In this document: in pieces, positions 61,001 through 64,000 of the stretch
Layout: each line of letters starts with the position of its first letter
Numbering within the stretch: the first letter of the stretch is position 1
NCBI RefSeq assembly: GCF_046119375.1
Contig: NW_027362765.1
Span: 418,128,001 to 418,192,000, forward strand
Reading direction: 5' to 3'
Source: Phyllobates terribilis
Lineage: Eukaryota
Length of the DNA: 64,000 nucleotides
Program-made: the position numbers and the translations under genes
The notes under the pieces: generated by a model
Seen by the model: the letters and a program-made list of their open reading frames with translations, nothing else
What the model was told of the DNA's origin: nothing
The model's database searches: none

Positions 61001-62073
61001 ATTAAAAACCTCAAACGGCACTGATGTGCATGAATGCACTGTCTCGCAAAAAAAAAAATGCTAATCCCCAGATAAAGCTCTGGACAGACATGTCAGCAAT
61101 GAGCATCCAGCTCTGAAGCTTGCAGAATTGTGATTGCAGCACTGGAATGCAATACAGGATGTAACTGCAACATATTTACAAAGTGACATCAATTTGCATA
61201 CATTTTTGGTAAGTTTGTGTCATTTTGCCAAAGGAAACACTATCTTTATTCTTTTGTGGCTAAATAAAAATGCAATGGCTACAATATTGGTAAAGTTAGT
61301 TAAAATGGATGCATAAATTGAGCCATCCCGATTCTAATTGAATAGGGATGTATGGTTAAATCTCTGGGGAGGCTGAAGCTGGTTGACAAAACATGTGGGG
61401 GGTGATGTGGCATTCATTGTATTTCATTGCACTTTTTAAAGGTGGTTTCTGGGCTTAATATATTAATGGCTTATCCCTGGAATGGTCATGAATACTGGCT
61501 CAGTATGGGTCAGGCACCCGGTGCCTCCACCAATCATTTGTGATTGGCTCTGGAAAAGCAGTGTAGTAGCAGTCCTCAAGTACTGCAGCTACTATTAAAG
61601 TGCATGTAAGTATAGCTGCAGTACCTATGACTGTCCACTACATAGAGCATGGCGCTGTGGGGTTCAGCTGTTAACGTTTTTAATATCGGACTGCTGCCAG
61701 GGCTGCTAATAGCTGATTGGTGTGGGTACCAGGTGTCAGACCCCCACTGATCTAGAAAATCCCCTCCCCCTTTCCCCTTCAGCAAAAGTCCACTTCTAGC
61801 AAATATTTGGAGATATGGGGTTTAATACTACAGTATCAATTACAATATATATACAACTATGCTAGTGCAGGGTCTATATTAGGAATTTTGTTATGTAAAT
61901 TATTTCTTTTTTTTAGGTTTTTGGAGAAGACCCCACTTGTTAATGCCTGGTACGAGCTGATGCTGCAGGACCCAGCTGTTAAAGAGACGTACACCGAACC
62001 AGACGTTCTCGTCGGCTTTGTCAAACTATATTCTCAGGACAGCTTGGATGCGGGTGATTATGGCCTTGACTAA
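52014..62073 (+). CDS. GSTO1: Glutathione S-transferase omega-1-like, intact, 242 aa; exons 52014-52044, 54748-54856, 56037-56259, 56569-56670, 60247-60353, 61917-62073
   Basis: Exons total 729 nt with all introns [40 protein letters not shown]...GLVPSLE...[11 protein letters not shown]...[13 protein letters not shown]...DYGLD; catalytic CPFA. Orthology to GSTO1 versus a lineage-specific paralog was not tested. Confidence 0.93.
55251..55690. mobile_element. Inverted-repeat interspersed element (GATGAGC-type; a relative lies at about 56915-57150)
   Basis: ttagtgatgagcaagca...tgctcgg mirrored by ...gcatgctcgctcatcagtaa. Confidence 0.6.
59420..59758. mobile_element. Palindromic T2-type TTAA MITE
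   Basis: ttaa-AGGGGTATTCCCACCTCAAGATCCTATCCCAATATG ... CATATTGGGATAGGATCTTGGAGATGGGAATACCCTTT-ttaa. Confidence 0.85.
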
Positions 62074-64000
62074 AGTCACTGACAGCTGTGCAATCCAAGT
62101 ATCTAGTGCCTTTAATATATTAAATCACAGTTTCTAAGTTCTCTACCTCCAAAGCTGTGAATAAATACATTCAAGGATTGATTCGTCATTGTGTGTTCAA
62201 TATACAACCTGAGGACAGATCATTAATGTTACGTATGCCATTCGTGGACCCACTGTGCCACGTGGCCAGACTTGGCTTTGCCCCTGCTAGACAACTGGCT
62301 ATCTGGTGCTTTTTAATGGTGGAGTTTGGCTTGAGCTGCAGGTTGCTGCCAGGTACGGCTCCTAGGAAGTCCCCAGTACTGCAGCTGCTGACACTGATAG
62401 GGCTGTGTTCAGACTACTAGGTTCAGGATCCTTGGGCAGAATGGTTACTGCAACACACGGCTGATTCGGAGACTGGTTTTTGGCAGTCCAGATAACATGG
62501 AATATTCAGTGTCAGACACACTGGTCTCTGATATAGGTTCAGGTACCACCGTATTGTCTTCAGCATTCAGAACTTTCCACACAAGGACCAGGGCACAAAA
62601 CAAATTCACACAAGATGGCCAAAAAGGTGAGTATAAATTATATTTAAGTAAATCGAAATGTAGAAAGGTATAATGAGCAACACTAATGCGTCAGTACAGC
62701 AGGAGGCGACTGGTGTACCGCATAGCAAGTAGGAACTAAACGTATAGCAAAAACCTAAGGAAGGTGTGGGTTTGTTTTTTGTGCATTAAACTTTACCAGT
62801 AGAGACCATAAAAACTCAGAGAAACCTGCTTCTTTACTGTTAAGAGCAGGTTTTGCCTGCGGGAAAAAGCGCAGCAAAAAACACAACGTGTGAACATAGC
62901 CTTAATGTCCGTTAGAATTGTTCTACCAAATTTTTAGGCTATTGTCCCTCCTTGACATAATTTGTTGGTATTTCTCCTGTGGTGCTGTCGTGGAGGGTGA
63001 TTAGAGAAAATAGAACTGAACTTGCTGGTTATTAGGTTTCTAAGAACCCTCCACAACAGCACGGGTAATTCCCATCATTCAGTTTTTTTATTTGATCTGG
63101 TGTTGATCAAAGAAAAGGGAAAGGGGGGGTGACCTTCATGGTCTTCTTACACACCCCCCCCCCCCCCCTCCTCCTCAACCCGCTTCTCTGGTTATGATAC
63201 TTCATACTTCCTAGCCAGTTTGTGATCTTGCAATTGACCTCATAAAACAAAAGCTAATTTATAAGGGAAACAAACGTGCGTACAGAATATCCTTTAAAAT
63301 GATCACTTTATTAGAATTGACCTCTTAGTGTCTTAGTGTTTAGCTACATGACTGCTGCAGCTAATCACCTCTGCCAAACCAGAGAATTTATTAGTGTACA
63401 GCTCTTAAAATGAAGTGGTCAGATGTTGGCTTATGGGTACAGTACATCTGGAGTTATGGCTACTTGATCTCCATTCATCTGTTATATGCCCTTAAGCCAT
63501 TGCTCTAGTATTGAATCAGCCTCTGCAACATTGCTCTCATTGAAGATATAACGTAGTGGGTCAACTCCTTTTTTTTTTTTTTTTTTTTGAACAGTCCCCA
63601 AAGCAGGACACCTAAGAGGCCTTTATTCTACAGGAGCACTGTATAAACTAGGGGTTGGCACGTGAGTCAAATTGGCCTGGTGTTCTCGAAAGATGTAAGT
63701 CTCTGTGTTCTAGAGCCCTCAATGTGGAGAACTGCTGAACTTGGTTGCACCCCTTTTAATAGGTAGATGATAGCCAGAGCCAGGACTTGAACCACACTGC
63801 TATTATTGGGGAGGAGCTGGAGGGATGCACCCTTCGAGCAGTGCTACTGGAAGGGGAGGCGCTGGAGCAATGCTGCAGAAAGGGGAGCACTGCCCACCAA
63901 GGGGAGGTTCAGACTGAAAGCAAGAAAGCTTGAGTTCTGCAGGGCACAGGGGCAGAGTCCGTATGATCAGTGGGGCCATCTCCTCTTTTCCTTTGGCTGT

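Overview
This is eukaryotic genomic DNA, most likely from a frog. That assignment is inferred from the repeat content (TTAA T2-type MITEs, TWA MITEs, Tc1, hydrolase-bearing Ngaro) and was not verified by a search. The window is a tandem glutathione S-transferase omega locus. It holds a disrupted copy (7579-16534) and an intact 6-coding-exon, 242-aa copy (52014-62073), and the rest is mostly nested transposons. These are: an intact chromodomain Gypsy (1-4558) inserted in a Tc1 TIR; a decayed full-length tRNA-Ser-primed Gypsy (19893-27978); a near-intact Ngaro tyrosine-recombinase retrotransposon with an SGNH hydrolase (42692-49506); and many MITEs. The most unusual object is an LTR element with no pol (31555-40315, arranged LTR-int-LTR-int-LTR, TSD GATG). 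Its only long ORF ends in a Y-box-like cold-shock domain. It shares termini, primer type, PPT, TSD length and covarying 3' hairpins with the neighbouring Gypsy. A solo LTR of the same family interrupts exon 4 of the GSTO pseudogene. All coordinates and alignments were read by eye and no database searches were run. There is an assembly gap at 6125-6259.
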